DNA from: an uncultured Chloroflexia bacterium
GTDB lineage: Bacteria; Chloroflexota; Limnocylindria; Limnocylindrales; CSP1-4
Length of the DNA stretch: 64,000 nucleotides
Reading direction: 5' to 3'
Assembly (NCBI GenBank): GCA_963720495.1
Contig: CAVRFU010000004.1
Location: 295,900 to 359,899, forward strand
The notes beneath the pieces are model-generated. The model saw only the letters and a list, made by a program, of their open reading frames with translations, did no database searches and was not told the origin of the DNA. Of this stretch, positions 11,272-22,146 are shown piece by piece (the stretch's first letter is position 1; each line of letters starts with the position of its first letter). Made by a program: the position numbers and the translations under genes.

Positions 11272-12077
11272 TGGCCCGGGTCCAGCTGGCCAGGCCGATC
11301 GATGCGCCGCCCGCGGCGCATGAGGAGCCGTCCGACACCGACACCCGCGTCACCCCGGCCGCGCCCGCGGACGAGATCCCGTCCTTCCCGCCGGATGATC
11401 TGCCGCGACACGTGGCGATCATCATGGACGGCAACCGCCGCTGGGCGCGCCTGCGCGACCTGCCCGAGCTCGAGGGCCACGGCGCCGGGGTCGAGGCGAT
11501 CCGCGAGCTCCTGCGCCACGCCGTCCGACGCGGCGTCCCGGTCCTGACCCTGTACGCGTTCAGCCGCGAGAACTGGGCGCGGACGGACGATGAGGTGACC
11601 GGCCTGTTCGGGCTGCTCGAGGCCGCGATCCGCAGCGAGACCGATGAGCTGCGCGCGCAGGGGGTCCGGATCCGCCTGCTCGGCCGTCTCGAGGAGCTGC
11701 CCGACGCCACCCGAGCCTCGATCGCCGAGGCGCTCGAGGCCACCGCCGATGGCGACCGGCTGCTGCTCAACATCGCGTTCAACTACGCCGGGCGGACCGA
11801 GATCGTCGATGCCGTGCGCCGCCTGGTGGCGAGCGGGATCCCGCCGGATGAGATCGACGAGGCCGCCATCAACGCCGCGCTCTACACGGCCGGGATCCCG
11901 GACCCGGACCTCGTCATCCGGACCGGCGGCGAGCAGCGGCTGTCCAACTTCCTGATCTGGCAGTCGGCCTACGCCGAGTTCTACTCGTGCGAGACCCTCT
12001 GGCCGGACTTCGGCCCCGACGCCTTCGACACCGCGCTTCTCGAGTTCGCCAGCCGCCATCGCCGCTTCGGGCGCTGA
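11271..12077 (+). CDS. uppS: Di-trans,poly-cis-decaprenylcistransferase / undecaprenyl pyrophosphate synthase
   Basis: HVAIIMDGNRRWA...LTLYAFSRENWAR...RLSNFLIWQSAYAEFY. The GTG start overlaps the frr stop. Confidence 0.85.
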   Translation: MARVQLARPIDAPPAAHEEPSDTDTRVTPAAPADEIPSFPPDDLPRHVAIIMDGNRRWARLRDLPELEGHGAGVEAIRELLRHAVRRGVPVLTLYAFSRENWARTDDEVTGLFGLLEAAIRSETDELRAQGVRIRLLGRLEELPDATRASIAEALEATADGDRLLLNIAFNYAGRTEIVDAVRRLVASGIPPDEIDEAAINAALYTAGIPDPDLVIRTGGEQRLSNFLIWQSAYAEFYSCETLWPDFGPDAFDTALLEFASRHRRFGR

Positions 12078-12096
12078 CGGGACGGGCGGGAGGACC

Positions 12097-12924
12097 ATGC
12101 GACAGCGAGCGATCAGTGCGGCCGTGCTCGTTCCGGTCCTGCTGGTCGTGCTCTTCTTCGGCGGGGTGGTCCTGGCGGCCGCGGTCGCGCTGATCACGGT
12201 CCTCGCCGCGATGGAAGCCTTCAAGCTTCTCAAGGGCGCCGGCTATACGCCGTTCGCGTCGCTCGGGATGGTCCTCGCCCTCGTCGTCGTGCTCGATGCC
12301 GCATTCCCGAACGTCCTGGAGGGCAGCGGCCTGCTGCTCGTCGCGGTCGGGATCGTCCTGGCGGCCGTCGCCTCGTTCACGCGGATCGACCCGAAGGATG
12401 GTCTGCAGGCGTGGATGACGACCGTCTTCGGCGCGCTCTACGTCTCGCTGCTGTCGTTCATCATCCGCCTCGGCCAATCGGCGCCGGTCGTGCCGCCCGA
12501 TGCGCCGCTGAACGCGATCGGTGGCGAGCGCGGCTGGATCCTGCTCCTCGTGCTTGCGGTCTGGTCCTACGACACTGGCGCCTATCTCGTCGGCAAGAAC
12601 ATCGGCCGGACGAAGTTCCTGACCCACATCTCGCCGTCCAAGACGATCGAGGGCCTCGTCGGCGGGGTGATCGCGACCACGGTCGTGGTCGCGATCCTGC
12701 TCTGGGGTCTCGGCCAGAACCCGCTCCATGCGCTGGCCCTCGGGCCGCTGACCGCCTTGGCGGCCCAGTCCGGCGACCTGGCCGAATCGGTCATCAAGCG
12801 GGCGGCCGGCGCCAAGGACTCGGGGACGCTCATCCCGGGCCACGGCGGGATGCTCGACCGGGTCGATTCGTTCGTGTTCGCGGCGCCGGTCGTCACGCTG
12901 TATGTCATTGCCCTCCTCCGCTAA
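12097..12924 (+). CDS. cdsA: Phosphatidate cytidylyltransferase
   Basis: Multi-TM protein with the C-terminal signature SVIKRAAGAKDSGTLIPGHGGMLDRVDS. Confidence 0.85.
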   Translation: MRQRAISAAVLVPVLLVVLFFGGVVLAAAVALITVLAAMEAFKLLKGAGYTPFASLGMVLALVVVLDAAFPNVLEGSGLLLVAVGIVLAAVASFTRIDPKDGLQAWMTTVFGALYVSLLSFIIRLGQSAPVVPPDAPLNAIGGERGWILLLVLAVWSYDTGAYLVGKNIGRTKFLTHISPSKTIEGLVGGVIATTVVVAILLWGLGQNPLHALALGPLTALAAQSGDLAESVIKRAAGAKDSGTLIPGHGGMLDRVDSFVFAAPVVTLYVIALLR

Positions 12925-14152
12925 GGACGAGCGGGCAGGGGAGCGACCGCCGCGCCGGGTCGCGCTGCTCGGCTCGACCGGCTCGATCGGGCGCCAGACG
13001 ATCGACGTGCTGGCAGCCCAGCCCGACGCGTTCCGGGTTGTCGCCCTGGCGACGGGCTCCAACGCTGCGCTTCTGGCCGACCAGGCCGCGCGACTCCGAC
13101 CCGCCGTCGTGGCGCTGGCCGACGAGTCCGCCGCGGCCGGCCTGGACCTGCCGGGTGGCACGCGGCTCGTCGGGGGCGCCGACGCGCTCGAGACGCTGGC
13201 GACGCGCGACGACGTCGACCTCGTCATCGTCGCCACGGGCGGCGTCGTCAGCCTCCGGCCGGTCCTCGCCGCGCTCCGTGCCGGCAAGGTCGTCGCGACC
13301 GCCAACAAGGAGACCCTCGTCGCGGGCGGCCACCTCGTCATGCCGCTCGCCGGCGATCTCGCGCGGGCCGTCGCCCGGAACGATCCCCGCGACCCATACG
13401 CGAGCCCGCTGGCCTGGCTCCGGCCGATCGACTCGGAGCACTCGGCGATCTGGCAGTGCCTCGTCGGCGAGGACATGGCCGGCGTGGAGGCGCTCATCCT
13501 GACCGCGTCAGGCGGGCCGTTCCTCGACGCGACGGCCGCGGAGATGGCCGCGGTCACGCCCGCGCAGGCCCTGCGCCACCCGACCTGGACGATGGGCGCC
13601 AAGATCACGATCGACTCCGCGACGCTCGCCAACAAGGGCCTGGAGGTCATCGAGGCACACTGGCTGTACGATGTCGGCTACGACGCGATCGAGGTGGTCA
13701 TCCATCCCCAGAGCGTCGTCCACTCCGCCGTCCGGTTCGTGGACGGCTCGCTGAAGGCCCAGCTGGGCACCCCCGACATGAGACTTCCCATCCAGTACGC
13801 GTTGACCTACCCCGATCGTCGCCCGTCGCCCGCCGCCCCGCCTGACCTGATCGCCGCCGGCCGGCTCGACTTCCGGGCGCCCGACGAGACGCGCTTCCCG
13901 GCCCTCCGGATCGCCCGCGACGCCGGCCGCCTGGGCCCACGGGCATCGGCCGCCCTGATCGCCGCCGACGAGGTCGCCGTCGCGCGGTTCCTCGACGGCA
14001 GCCTCGACTTCGCGGGCATCCCGCGCCTGCTCGAGGCCGCCGTGACGCGCTTCGGGAGCGGGCCGGGTGAGCCCGACGTCGACGAGCTCATCGACCTCGA
14101 CCGCGTCGTCCGCGACGCCTTCACCACCACCCGCTTCGGAGCTCCCGCGTGA
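12902..14152 (+). CDS. dxr: 1-deoxy-D-xylulose 5-phosphate reductoisomerase
   Basis: VALLGSTGSIGRQTIDVL...ANKETLV...HPQSVVHSAV, at full length. Confidence 0.9.
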   Translation: MSLPSSAKDERAGERPPRRVALLGSTGSIGRQTIDVLAAQPDAFRVVALATGSNAALLADQAARLRPAVVALADESAAAGLDLPGGTRLVGGADALETLATRDDVDLVIVATGGVVSLRPVLAALRAGKVVATANKETLVAGGHLVMPLAGDLARAVARNDPRDPYASPLAWLRPIDSEHSAIWQCLVGEDMAGVEALILTASGGPFLDATAAEMAAVTPAQALRHPTWTMGAKITIDSATLANKGLEVIEAHWLYDVGYDAIEVVIHPQSVVHSAVRFVDGSLKAQLGTPDMRLPIQYALTYPDRRPSPAAPPDLIAAGRLDFRAPDETRFPALRIARDAGRLGPRASAALIAADEVAVARFLDGSLDFAGIPRLLEAAVTRFGSGPGEPDVDELIDLDRVVRDAFTTTRFGAPA

Positions 14153-15252
14153 CCGGTTTCTTCCAGTCGATCATCACGATCGTCCTGTTCATCCTGATCC
14201 TGGGGCTCCTCGTGATCATCCACGAGCTCGGCCACTTCTTCACGGCCCGCGCCTTCAAGGTCCGCGTCCTCGAGTTCGGCATCGGGTTCCCGCCGCGGGC
14301 GAAGGTCCTGGCGTCCGGTGGCGAGACCGTCTACACCCTCAACTGGCTGCCGATCGGCGGCTTCGTGAAGCTCGAGGGCGAGGACGGGACCGACCCCGAC
14401 GATCCGCGCTCGTTCTCGCACCAGGGCCTGCCCAAGAAGCTGACGATCCTCATCGCCGGCGTCGTGATGAACGTCCTCCTGGCCTTCGTCATCTTCACCG
14501 GGATCGCCTGGCTCGCCTCGCCGCTGGTCGGCGTCCAGTTCTTCGAGGTCCAGCCGGACTCGCCGGCGGCCGCGGCCGGCCTGCAGCCCGGCGAGGCGAT
14601 CGTCGCGGTCAACGGCGAGCACTACCAGTTCATCACCGGTCCCAACGCCATCACGGGCCTGCGCGATCGCGCCGGCGAGACGATCACCCTGACGATCGCG
14701 GACACGGCCGGGGCCCAGCGGGACGTGTCCGTCACGCTCCGGACGCAGGCCGAGATCGACGCCCAGAAGGGCGCCCTCGGCATCTCCGGCGTGGACAAGC
14801 CCTTCGAGGGCTACTTCTTCGGGCAGTACGTGAGCAACGACCTGCCGACCGCGATCCAGATCGGGGTCGACCAGACGATCCGCTGGATGGGGCTGATCGT
14901 GGGCGGCCTGGCCAGCCTCGTCACCTCGGTCGCCAACAACCCGACCGCCGCCCCACCGGTCTCGGGCCCCGTCGGCATCGCCACCCAGATCGGCGACATC
15001 TTCTGGAACAGCGGGCCGATCATGCTGCTCTACGTCGCCGGGATCCTGTCGGCCAACCTGGCCGTGGTCAACATCCTGCCGTTCCCGCCGCTGGACGGCG
15101 GACGGATGCTGATGCTGACGCTCAAGCGCATCTTCGGGGCGCGGATCAGCCTCCGTGCCGAGCAGCTGACCTACATGGTCGGGTTCGTGTTCCTGTTCGC
15201 CTTCATCATCTGGGTGACCGGCTTCGACATCATCCGCAGCCTGGGCGGCTAG
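14149..15252 (+). CDS. rseP: Site-2 (M50) zinc metalloprotease RseP/Rip1-like
   Basis: Multi-TM protein with [14 protein letters not shown] (HExxH) and an internal PDZ-like region. It sits in the conserved dxr-rseP-ispG position. Confidence 0.85.
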   Translation: MTGFFQSIITIVLFILILGLLVIIHELGHFFTARAFKVRVLEFGIGFPPRAKVLASGGETVYTLNWLPIGGFVKLEGEDGTDPDDPRSFSHQGLPKKLTILIAGVVMNVLLAFVIFTGIAWLASPLVGVQFFEVQPDSPAAAAGLQPGEAIVAVNGEHYQFITGPNAITGLRDRAGETITLTIADTAGAQRDVSVTLRTQAEIDAQKGALGISGVDKPFEGYFFGQYVSNDLPTAIQIGVDQTIRWMGLIVGGLASLVTSVANNPTAAPPVSGPVGIATQIGDIFWNSGPIMLLYVAGILSANLAVVNILPFPPLDGGRMLMLTLKRIFGARISLRAEQLTYMVGFVFLFAFIIWVTGFDIIRSLGG

Positions 15253-15259
15253 CACCGCC

Positions 15260-16496
15260 GTGAGCTCCCCCGACAGCCTCCGGCCGCGCCGCCGGCCGAG
15301 CGTCAGCGTCGACGTCGGCGGGGTGCTGGTCGGCTCGGCGCACCCCGTGGTCGTCCAGTCGATGACCAACACGGACACGGCGGACGCGGACGGGACGGCG
15401 ATCCAGGTCGCCCGGCTGGCGCACGCCGGCTCCCAGCTCGTCCGGGTGACCGTCAACACGGAGGAGGCGGCGGCCGCCGTCCCGGAGATGGTCCGCAAGG
15501 TCCGCGGCCTGGGCGTCGATGTCCCGATCGTCGGTGACTTCCACTACAACGGCCACAAGCTCCTGGTCGAGTATCCCGGAGATGGCCGCGGCGCTGGCCA
15601 AGTACCGGATCAACCCCGGCAACGTCGGCGCCAAGCGGCACGACGAGCACTTCGCGACGATCGTCCGGGTCGCCATCGACAACGACGTGCCGGTCCGGAT
15701 CGGGGTCAACTGGGGCTCGCTCGACCAGGCCATCCTGACCGAGCTGATGGACGCCAACGCCGTCGCTTCTGAGCCGCGCGACGCGCGGGACGTGATGATC
15801 GAGGCGATGCTCCAGTCGGCGCTCCGCTCGGCGGAGCTGGCCGAGGAAACGGGGATGCGCCACGACAAGATCATCATCTCCGCCAAGGTCTCGGGCGTGC
15901 GCGACCTCGTCGACGTCTACCGGCTGCTCGCCGCTCGCTGCGACTACCCGCTCCACCTCGGCCTGACCGAGGCGGGCATGGGGGACAAGGGCATCATCGC
16001 GTCGACGGCGGGGCTCGCGATCCTCCTCAACGAGGGGATCGGCGACACGATCCGGGTCTCGCTCACGCCGGAGCCCGGTGCCCCGCGCGAGCGCGAGGTC
16101 GAGGTCGCCCAGCAGGTCCTCCAGTCGATGGGGCTGCGCTCGTTCCTGCCGCAGGTCTCGGCCTGTCCCGGCTGCGGCCGGACGACCTCGACCTTCTTCC
16201 AGGAGATGGCCCAGCAGATCCAGGGCTACCTCAAGGAGCAGATGCCGATCTGGCGCGAGACGCACCCCGGCGCCGAGGAGCTGCGGGTCGCGGTCATGGG
16301 CTGCGTCGTCAACGGCCCGGGCGAGAGCAAGCACGCCGACATCGGGATCTCGCTGCCGGGCACGTTCGAGGAGCCGGTCGCCCCGGTCTTCATCGACGGC
16401 CGCCTCGATCGCACGTTGCGTGGCGACGGCCTCGTCGCCGAGTTCATCGGGATCCTCGAGGACTACGTGACGGATCGGTACCCAGCGCCCGTCTGA
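15260..16496 (+). CDS. ispG: 4-hydroxy-3-methylbut-2-enyl diphosphate synthase IspG/GcpE (+1 frame disruption near 15580)
   Basis: [17 protein letters not shown]...[15 protein letters not shown] reads in frame 2. [13 protein letters not shown]...[18 protein letters not shown]...[12 protein letters not shown] reads in frame 0. Confidence 0.85.
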
Positions 16497-16526
16497 CACG
16501 ACGGCGTCGTCACCGACGGGGCTAGG

Positions 16527-17841
16527 ATGGGCGGAGACGCACATCGTCACCCGCCGAGCACCTTGCCGATGATCATCTCGATGGTCCGGATCGCCGCGAC
16601 GGTCATGAGCGCCGTGGCGCTCGTGGCGTGCGGTCCCGCCCCGGCCTCCATCGTCCCGCCCCCGAGCTCCCTCGCGCCGGTCTCGGCGGCCCCGGAAACG
16701 CCGCCGCCCACCTCGACGCCCGGTTCGTCGGCATCGGCGGCTCCCTCGTCGGTCGCGGTCCGCGAATGGCGACCGGCCGCCCAGATGCTCCGCGCTCGCA
16801 CGGGCTTCGACGCGGTCGTGCTCGGGGACGGCTCGGTCCTCGCCGTGGGCGACGACTTCGCCTGCTACCCGGGTCCGGCTGTCGCGGGCAGCGAGCGGGC
16901 GGAACGGTACGACCCGGTCAGGGACGTCTGGATGGAGGCCCCGAGCCTCAACAAGCCCCGCAAGGAGCCGGCGACCGTCGTCCTGTCCGACGGATCCGCG
17001 CTGGTCATCGGCGGGCTCAACGACGTCGAGCAGCCGTTCTCCAGCACGAAGCGGTTCGCGACCGGCACCGGGGCGTGGGCGGACGGTCCTCTGATGGACT
17101 CTCGGGCGGGTCATGCCTCTCGGCGTCACCCTGCCCGATGGCGCCGTCTTCGTCGTCAGCGAGACCGATGGGCGGTTCACCAGCGAGCTCCTGGACCAGG
17201 CGGCCGGCTCCTGGCGGACGACGGCGTCACTCCCGGCACAGACCAGGATCGACGACATGGTCAGCCTCCGTGGCGGGACGGTTCTGGCAGTCGGAACGTA
17301 CACGGGCGATTCGGACCCGACACCGGACGCCCATCGATACGATCCCGTCGCCGGCACGTGGACGGACGCCCACGGACTCGCACAGTTCGGGTACGCGCTC
17401 GTGGCCATGCCCGACGGCGGCGCGCTCGCAGTCGGTGGAAGCGACGGCGGCGAGCTCTGGGGAGGCACCGGCGCCCTGACGTCTCGGGTCCACAGGTTCG
17501 ATCCTGCGACCGGCACCTGGAGACAGGTCGCATCGATGTCCACGCCCCGATGGGAGCCCCAGGTCGTCCTCCTCGCGGATGGCCGCGTTCTGGTCGCGGG
17601 CGGCTCGACCGGCGACGACCCGACGGGTCATGCCCTCCGCTCCACGGAGCTGTACGATCCCGCCTCGGACCGGTGGGTTCCAGGGGCCGATCTCATCGAG
17701 CCTCGATATGGCGGTCATGCCCTGGCCCTGTCGGACGGCTCCGTCCTGATCCTCGGTGGCGCGAAGGACTTCAACACCGAAGGCGACACGCCGTGGTGCC
17801 CGACGCCACTCGTCACGACAGAGCGCCTCGCGGCACCGTGA
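16527..17841 (+). CDS. Kelch-repeat beta-propeller lipoprotein (+1 frame disruption near 17100)
   Basis: Signal peptide with lipobox MVRIAATVMSAVALVACGP. Repeated Kelch-like blades follow (...YDPVRDVWMEAPSLN..., ...YDPVAGTWTDAH..., ...FDPATGTWRQVA..., ...YDPASDRWVPGA...). The reading frame switches from 0 to 1. Confidence 0.6.
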
Positions 17842-17859
17842 TCGCCGGCCCCGCCTGAG

Positions 17860-17896
17860 CGTGGATTTGAGCCGTCCACGCTCCCGGGTGTATACT
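17860..17896 (+). promoter_or_regulatory. Putative nusA promoter (TTGAGC, 18 nt, TGtATACT) overlapped by the inverted repeat CGTGGA-N9-TCCACG
   Basis: -35 TTGAGC at 17867-17872 and -10 TATACT at 17891-17896 with an upstream TG. A palindrome flanks the -35 and is a candidate operator. Confidence 0.45.
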
Positions 17897-17922
17897 CCGC
17901 ATAACTGAACGGCCGCTCCAGG

Positions 17923-17949
17923 ACGTGGGTGACCCCCACGTTTCTTTTT
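17923..17949 (+). terminator. Intrinsic terminator/attenuator hairpin in the nusA 5' leader (ACGTGGG-tgacc-CCCACGT followed by TTCTTTTT)
   Basis: 7-bp GC-rich stem with a 5-nt loop followed by a T-rich tract. It lies between the putative promoter and the nusA start at 17992, consistent with NusA-dependent leader attenuation as described for Bacillus subtilis (other promoter-to-hairpin arrangements in this window are not assumed to work the same way). Confidence 0.55.
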
Positions 17950-17991
17950 GAGCGCCGCCGTGAACAACCTGCACAGCGAACGGAGGCCATC

Positions 17992-19383
17992 GTGAGTCGA
18001 GACTTCGTCGGTGCCCTCCTCCAGCTCAATGCCGAAAAGCAGATCTCCCGCGAGCAGCTGATCGGAGCCGTCGAAGACGGCATCCAGTCGGCCTATCGGC
18101 GGGTCGCCGGTGACGAGGACATCCACGTGCGGATCGATGCCGAGACCGGCAAGATCCGCGTCTTTCGCGCGCGCCGCGTCGTCGGCGAGATCGAGGACGA
18201 ATTCACCGAGATGACGATCGATCAGGCGCGGGCCATCCAGCCCGACGCCGACCTCGGCGATCTCGTCGAGACCGAGCAGCTGGACGGCGACGTCTTCGGC
18301 CGGATCGGCGCCCAGACCGCCAAGCAGATCGTGCTCCAGCGCATCCGCGAGGTCGAGCGCGACCAGGTCTTCGACCAGTTCGCCAGCCGCGAGGGCGAGC
18401 TCATGACCGGCACGGTCAACCGGGTCGAGCCGCGCGCGATCATCCTCGACGTCGGCAAGAACGTCGAGGCGATCCTCGCCACCACGGAGCAGTCGACCCT
18501 CGAGCACTACCGGATCGGCCAGAACGTCAAGGCGTTCGTGCTGGAGGTCCGGCGCTCGACCAAGGGTCCGCAGATCTTCGTCAGCCGCACGCACAAGGGC
18601 TTCCTCAAGCGCCTGTTCGAGCTCGAGGTGCCGGAGATCCACAGCGGCACGGTCGAGATCAAGGCGATCGCCCGCGAGGCCGGCAGCCGCTCGAAGGTGG
18701 CCGTCGCGTCACGCCAGGAGGGGCTCGACCCCGTCGGCGCGACCGTCGGCCAGCGCGGCGCCCGCGTCCAGGCCGTCGTCGCCGAGCTGTCCGGCGAGAA
18801 GATCGACGTCATCCCGTGGAGCGACGATGCGAGCCTGTTCGTCGCGAACGCGCTCAGCCCGGCCCAGGTCATCTCCGTCGACATCGACGAGGAGCACCGG
18901 ATCGCGAGCGTGACGGTGCCCGAGCGGATGCTCTCGCTGGCGATCGGCCGCGAGGGTCAGAACGCCCGGCTCGCCGCCCGCCTGACCGGCTGGCGGATCG
19001 ACATCCGGAGTGACGTGTCGGTCGCCGAGGCCAAGGCCGCGGCCGCCGATGCGGATACCGCCGTCGCCGAGACGCCCGTCGCCGAGACGGAGCCCGCCGC
19101 CGCCCCGACCGCCGAGGCTGCCGTGGCCGACGCCGGGACCGCCGACGTCGCGCCCGAGGCCAAGCCCAAGCCGAAGCGAGTGACGAAGAAGGCGGCCGCC
19201 GAGGCTGCCGCGGCCAGCTGCGACGGCCGAGCCAGACACCGACGCCCCCGCGGCCACGGCCGACGTTGCGGCGACGGAACCTGCAGCGACCGAACCAGCG
19301 GCGACCGACGACGCCCCAGCGGCGAAGCCCAAGCGTGCGTCCAAGAAGGCCGCCGCCGTCCCGACCGGGGAGGTGGCGTCGTA
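17992..19383 (+). CDS. nusA: Transcription termination/antitermination factor NusA with an acidic Ala/Thr/Pro-rich tail (+1 frame disruption near 19215)
   Basis: The GTG start follows CGGAGG. S1 and tandem KH regions are present (...ELMTGTVNRVEPRAIILDVG..., ...LAIGREGQNARLAARLTGWRIDI...). The tail continues in frame 2 to the TAG at 19381-19383. Confidence 0.85.
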
Positions 19384-19401
19384 GGCGGGTCCACCGGGTC
19401 C

Positions 19402-19716
19402 GTCGCGCCGCGTCGCGTCCCGGACCGCACCTGCGTCGCATGCCGCACGGTCCGCCCGAAGCGCGAGCTCCTGCGGATCGTCCGGACGCCGGCCGGGGAC
19501 GTGCGAGCCGACGAGAGCGGTCGCGCCGCCGGGCGCGGCGCCTACGTCTGCCGGACCGAGGCGTGCCTCGACAAAGCCATCACCAAGGGTGCCCTCAGCC
19601 GGGCGCTCAAGACCCCGCTCCCGGCCGACCTGCGCGATGCGCTGGCGGGGAGCATCACCAACGACCCAATGCCCATGAACACGATCATCGAAGGAGGAGC
19701 CCGTGGCCAGGAGTAG
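19402..19716 (+). CDS. ylxR: YlxR/RnpM (DUF448) RNA-binding protein; start codon unresolved
   Basis: RTCVACRTVRPKRELLRIVRTPAGDVRADESGRAAGRGAYVCRTEACLDKAITKGALSRAL is the DUF448 signature, in the canonical nusA-ylxR-infB position. No ATG, GTG or TTG lies in frame just upstream. Confidence 0.55.
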   Translation, partial: VAPRRVPDRTCVACRTVRPKRELLRIVRTPAGDVRADESGRAAGRGAYVCRTEACLDKAITKGALSRALKTPLPADLRDALAGSITNDPMPMNTIIEGGARGQE

Positions 19717-21617
19717 GAGCGGCACGCGCGGCCGTCGCGGGCCCCGCAAGCCGCCGCGTCGCGACGGCGCATTCGGTGGATCCGGCGTCCAGACGCTCGA
19801 TCCCCGTGAGCGGGGCGCGATCGAGCTGCCCGGCACGATCACCGTCAAGGAGCTCGCGGAGCTGCTCGGGGTCAACCCCGCGGACATCATCCGCGAGCTG
19901 ATCAAGAGCGGCATCTTCGCGACCATCAACCAGCTGGTCGACCGCGACACCGCGTCGCTCGTGGCCGGCGAGCTCGGCTACGAAGTGGCCGAGACCGAGG
20001 CCTCGGGAGCCGTCGGCGCCGACGAGGACGAGGGGGTCGCCGAGGCGACCAAGGAAGTCCTGTTCGAGGAGGACGATCCCGCCCTCCTGCAGCCGCGTGC
20101 CCCGATCGTGACCGTCATGGGTCACGTCGACCACGGCAAGACGAGCCTGCTCGACGCCATCCGCACGACCGAGGTCGCGGCGGGCGAGCGCGGCGGCATC
20201 ACCCAGCACATCGGCGCCAGCGAGGTCACCCACGACGGCAAGCGCGTCGTCTTCCTCGACACGCCGGGTCACGAGGCGTTCACGGCGATGCGCGCCCGAG
20301 GCGCCAAGGTCACCGACATCGCGGTCGTGGTCGTTGCCGCGGACGACGGGGTCATGCCCCAGACGCTCGAGGCGATCAGCCACGCCAAGGCGGCCAAGGT
20401 CCCGATCATCATCGCGCTCAACAAGATCGACAAGCCGGACGCCAACCCGGACCGGGTCAAGACCGAGCTGACCGAGGCCGGCATCGTCGTCGAGGAGTAC
20501 GGCGGCGACGTGCCGCTCGTCCCGGTCTCGGCGAAGACGCGCGTCGGGCTCGACGAGCTCATCGAGATGATCCTGCTGGTCGCAGACCTGCAGGAGCTCA
20601 AGGCCAACCCGAAGCGCGACGCCATCGGCACCATCGTCGAGGCCAAGCTCGACAAGGGCCGCGGCCCCGTCGCGACCGCGCTGGTCCAGACCGGCACGCT
20701 CAAGGTCGGCGACATCATCGTCGTCGGCGAGACCTTCGGACGCGTCCGCGCGCTCGAGAACGAGCAGGGCAAGCGGGTCACCAAGGCGGGTCCGTCGACC
20801 CCCGTGGTCATCCTCGGCCTGTCGGACGTGCCCATGGCGGGCGACATCCTGCGCGTCGTCGGCGACGAGAAGGAAGCCCGGACCATGGTCGAGACCCGCA
20901 AGGCGGCCGCGGCGGCCAAGGGCGGCGACGGCAGCGGCCGGGCGACCCTGGAGGACCTCTACAGCCAGATCCAGGCGGGTCAGGCCAAGGAGCTCCGGAT
21001 CATCCTCAAGGCCGACGTGTCGGGCTCCCTGGGGGCGATCACCCACGCCCTCGAGCAGCTCGACCAGGACGAGATCCGGCTCAACGTCCTCCTCGAGGGC
21101 GCCGGCGACATCACCGACAACGACATCATGCTGGCTGCTGCCTCGAATGCCATCGTCGTCGGGTTCAACACCAAGATCACCGACACCGCCCGTCGCGCCG
21201 CCGAGGCCGAAGGGGTCGACGTCCGGCTGTACGACATCATCTACAAGCTCACCGACGACGTCGGGGCGGCGCTCAAGGGCCTGCTCGAGCCGGAGATCGT
21301 CGAGGTCGTCGAGGGCCGGGCGGAGGTCCGCCAGGTCATCCGCGTCGGCAAGAACACGGTCATCGCCGGGTCGTTCGTGACCGACGGGCGCATCGTCCGG
21401 GGCGGCAACGCCCGGGTCTGGCGCAGCTCCAAGGTCATCGCCACGGACCGGATCGAGTCCCTGCGCCGGTTCCGCGACGACGTCCGCGAGGTCCAGCAGA
21501 ACTACGAGTGCGGCATCGGCCTCGCCAACTTCCACGACATCGTGGAAGGCGACGTGATCGAATGCTTCACCTCAGCAGACCGTCGAGTCGAGCCTCGGCC
21601 AACTGAGCCTGCGGTGA
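19703..21617 (+). CDS. infB: Translation initiation factor IF-2 (short N-terminus; 3' end uncertain)
   Basis: GTG 19703 follows GAAGGAGGA. G-domain motifs [24 protein letters not shown] and NKID are present and the sequence reads through ...GDVIECF. A GTGA overlap with the rbfA GTG at 21614-21617 suggests the real stop, whereas the uninterrupted frame-2 ORF runs to 21766. Confidence 0.8.
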
Positions 21618-22146
21618 GCCAGCGAGACAGAGACGGGTCGACGAGCTGCTCCGCCAGGAGATCGGCTCGATCGTCGCGCGGGACGTGGCGGATCCGCGGG
21701 TCGGGTTCGTCACGATCACGGATATCGAGACGACCCAGGACCTGCGCCACGCCAAGGTCTGGGTGAGCGTCATCGGCCAGCCGGCCGAACGCGACGCCGC
21801 GGTCGAGGCGCTCCGCCACGCGATGCCGTTCATCCGGCACGAGCTCGGCAAGCGCCTGCGGATCAAGCGGATCCCGGATCTGCACGTCCACCTCGACGAC
21901 ACCGCCGAGCGCGGCACCCGGATCCTCCAGCTCCTGGCCGACATCGAAGCGGGCGCGACCCCGGACGCGGACGTGCCCGTGGCCGAGTCGCTGCCGACCC
22001 CGGTCGCCCGCGTCCATCAGACCGACGACCTCGGCGAGGAGCCGCCGTCCGCGGTCCGGCCGGTCGTCCCGCCGCGCCCGCGGAAGTGGCGGCCCGGGCC
22101 TCGGCCGACGACCTCGACCAAGACGTCACGCCGGACGTCCCGATGA
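21614..22146 (+). CDS. rbfA: Ribosome-binding factor A (indel near the 5' end)
   Basis: Frame 1 encodes PARQRRVDELLRQEIGSIVARDVADPRVGFVTITDIETTQDLRHAKVWVSVIG, the RbfA N-terminal helix plus KH-like core, but the only upstream start (GTG 21614) is in frame 2. A 1-nt deletion in a CCC run near 21619 is the likely cause. Confidence 0.65.

Noticed and set aside
15453-17543. 696-aa minus-strand ORF
   Set aside because: It is antisense to ispG and the Kelch lipoprotein gene, with a high-GC shadow-ORF composition.
19685-21535. 616-aa minus-strand ORF
   Set aside because: It is antisense to infB, whose G-domain motifs are unequivocal on the plus strand.
21563-21766. infB extending to 21766 as given by the uninterrupted ORF
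   Set aside because: That reading overlaps rbfA by ~150 nt and produces an R/S-rich tail. A frame-0 TGA at 21615-21617 forming a GTGA overlap with the rbfA start is more plausible, although it requires another indel, so the 3' end is flagged as uncertain rather than resolved.
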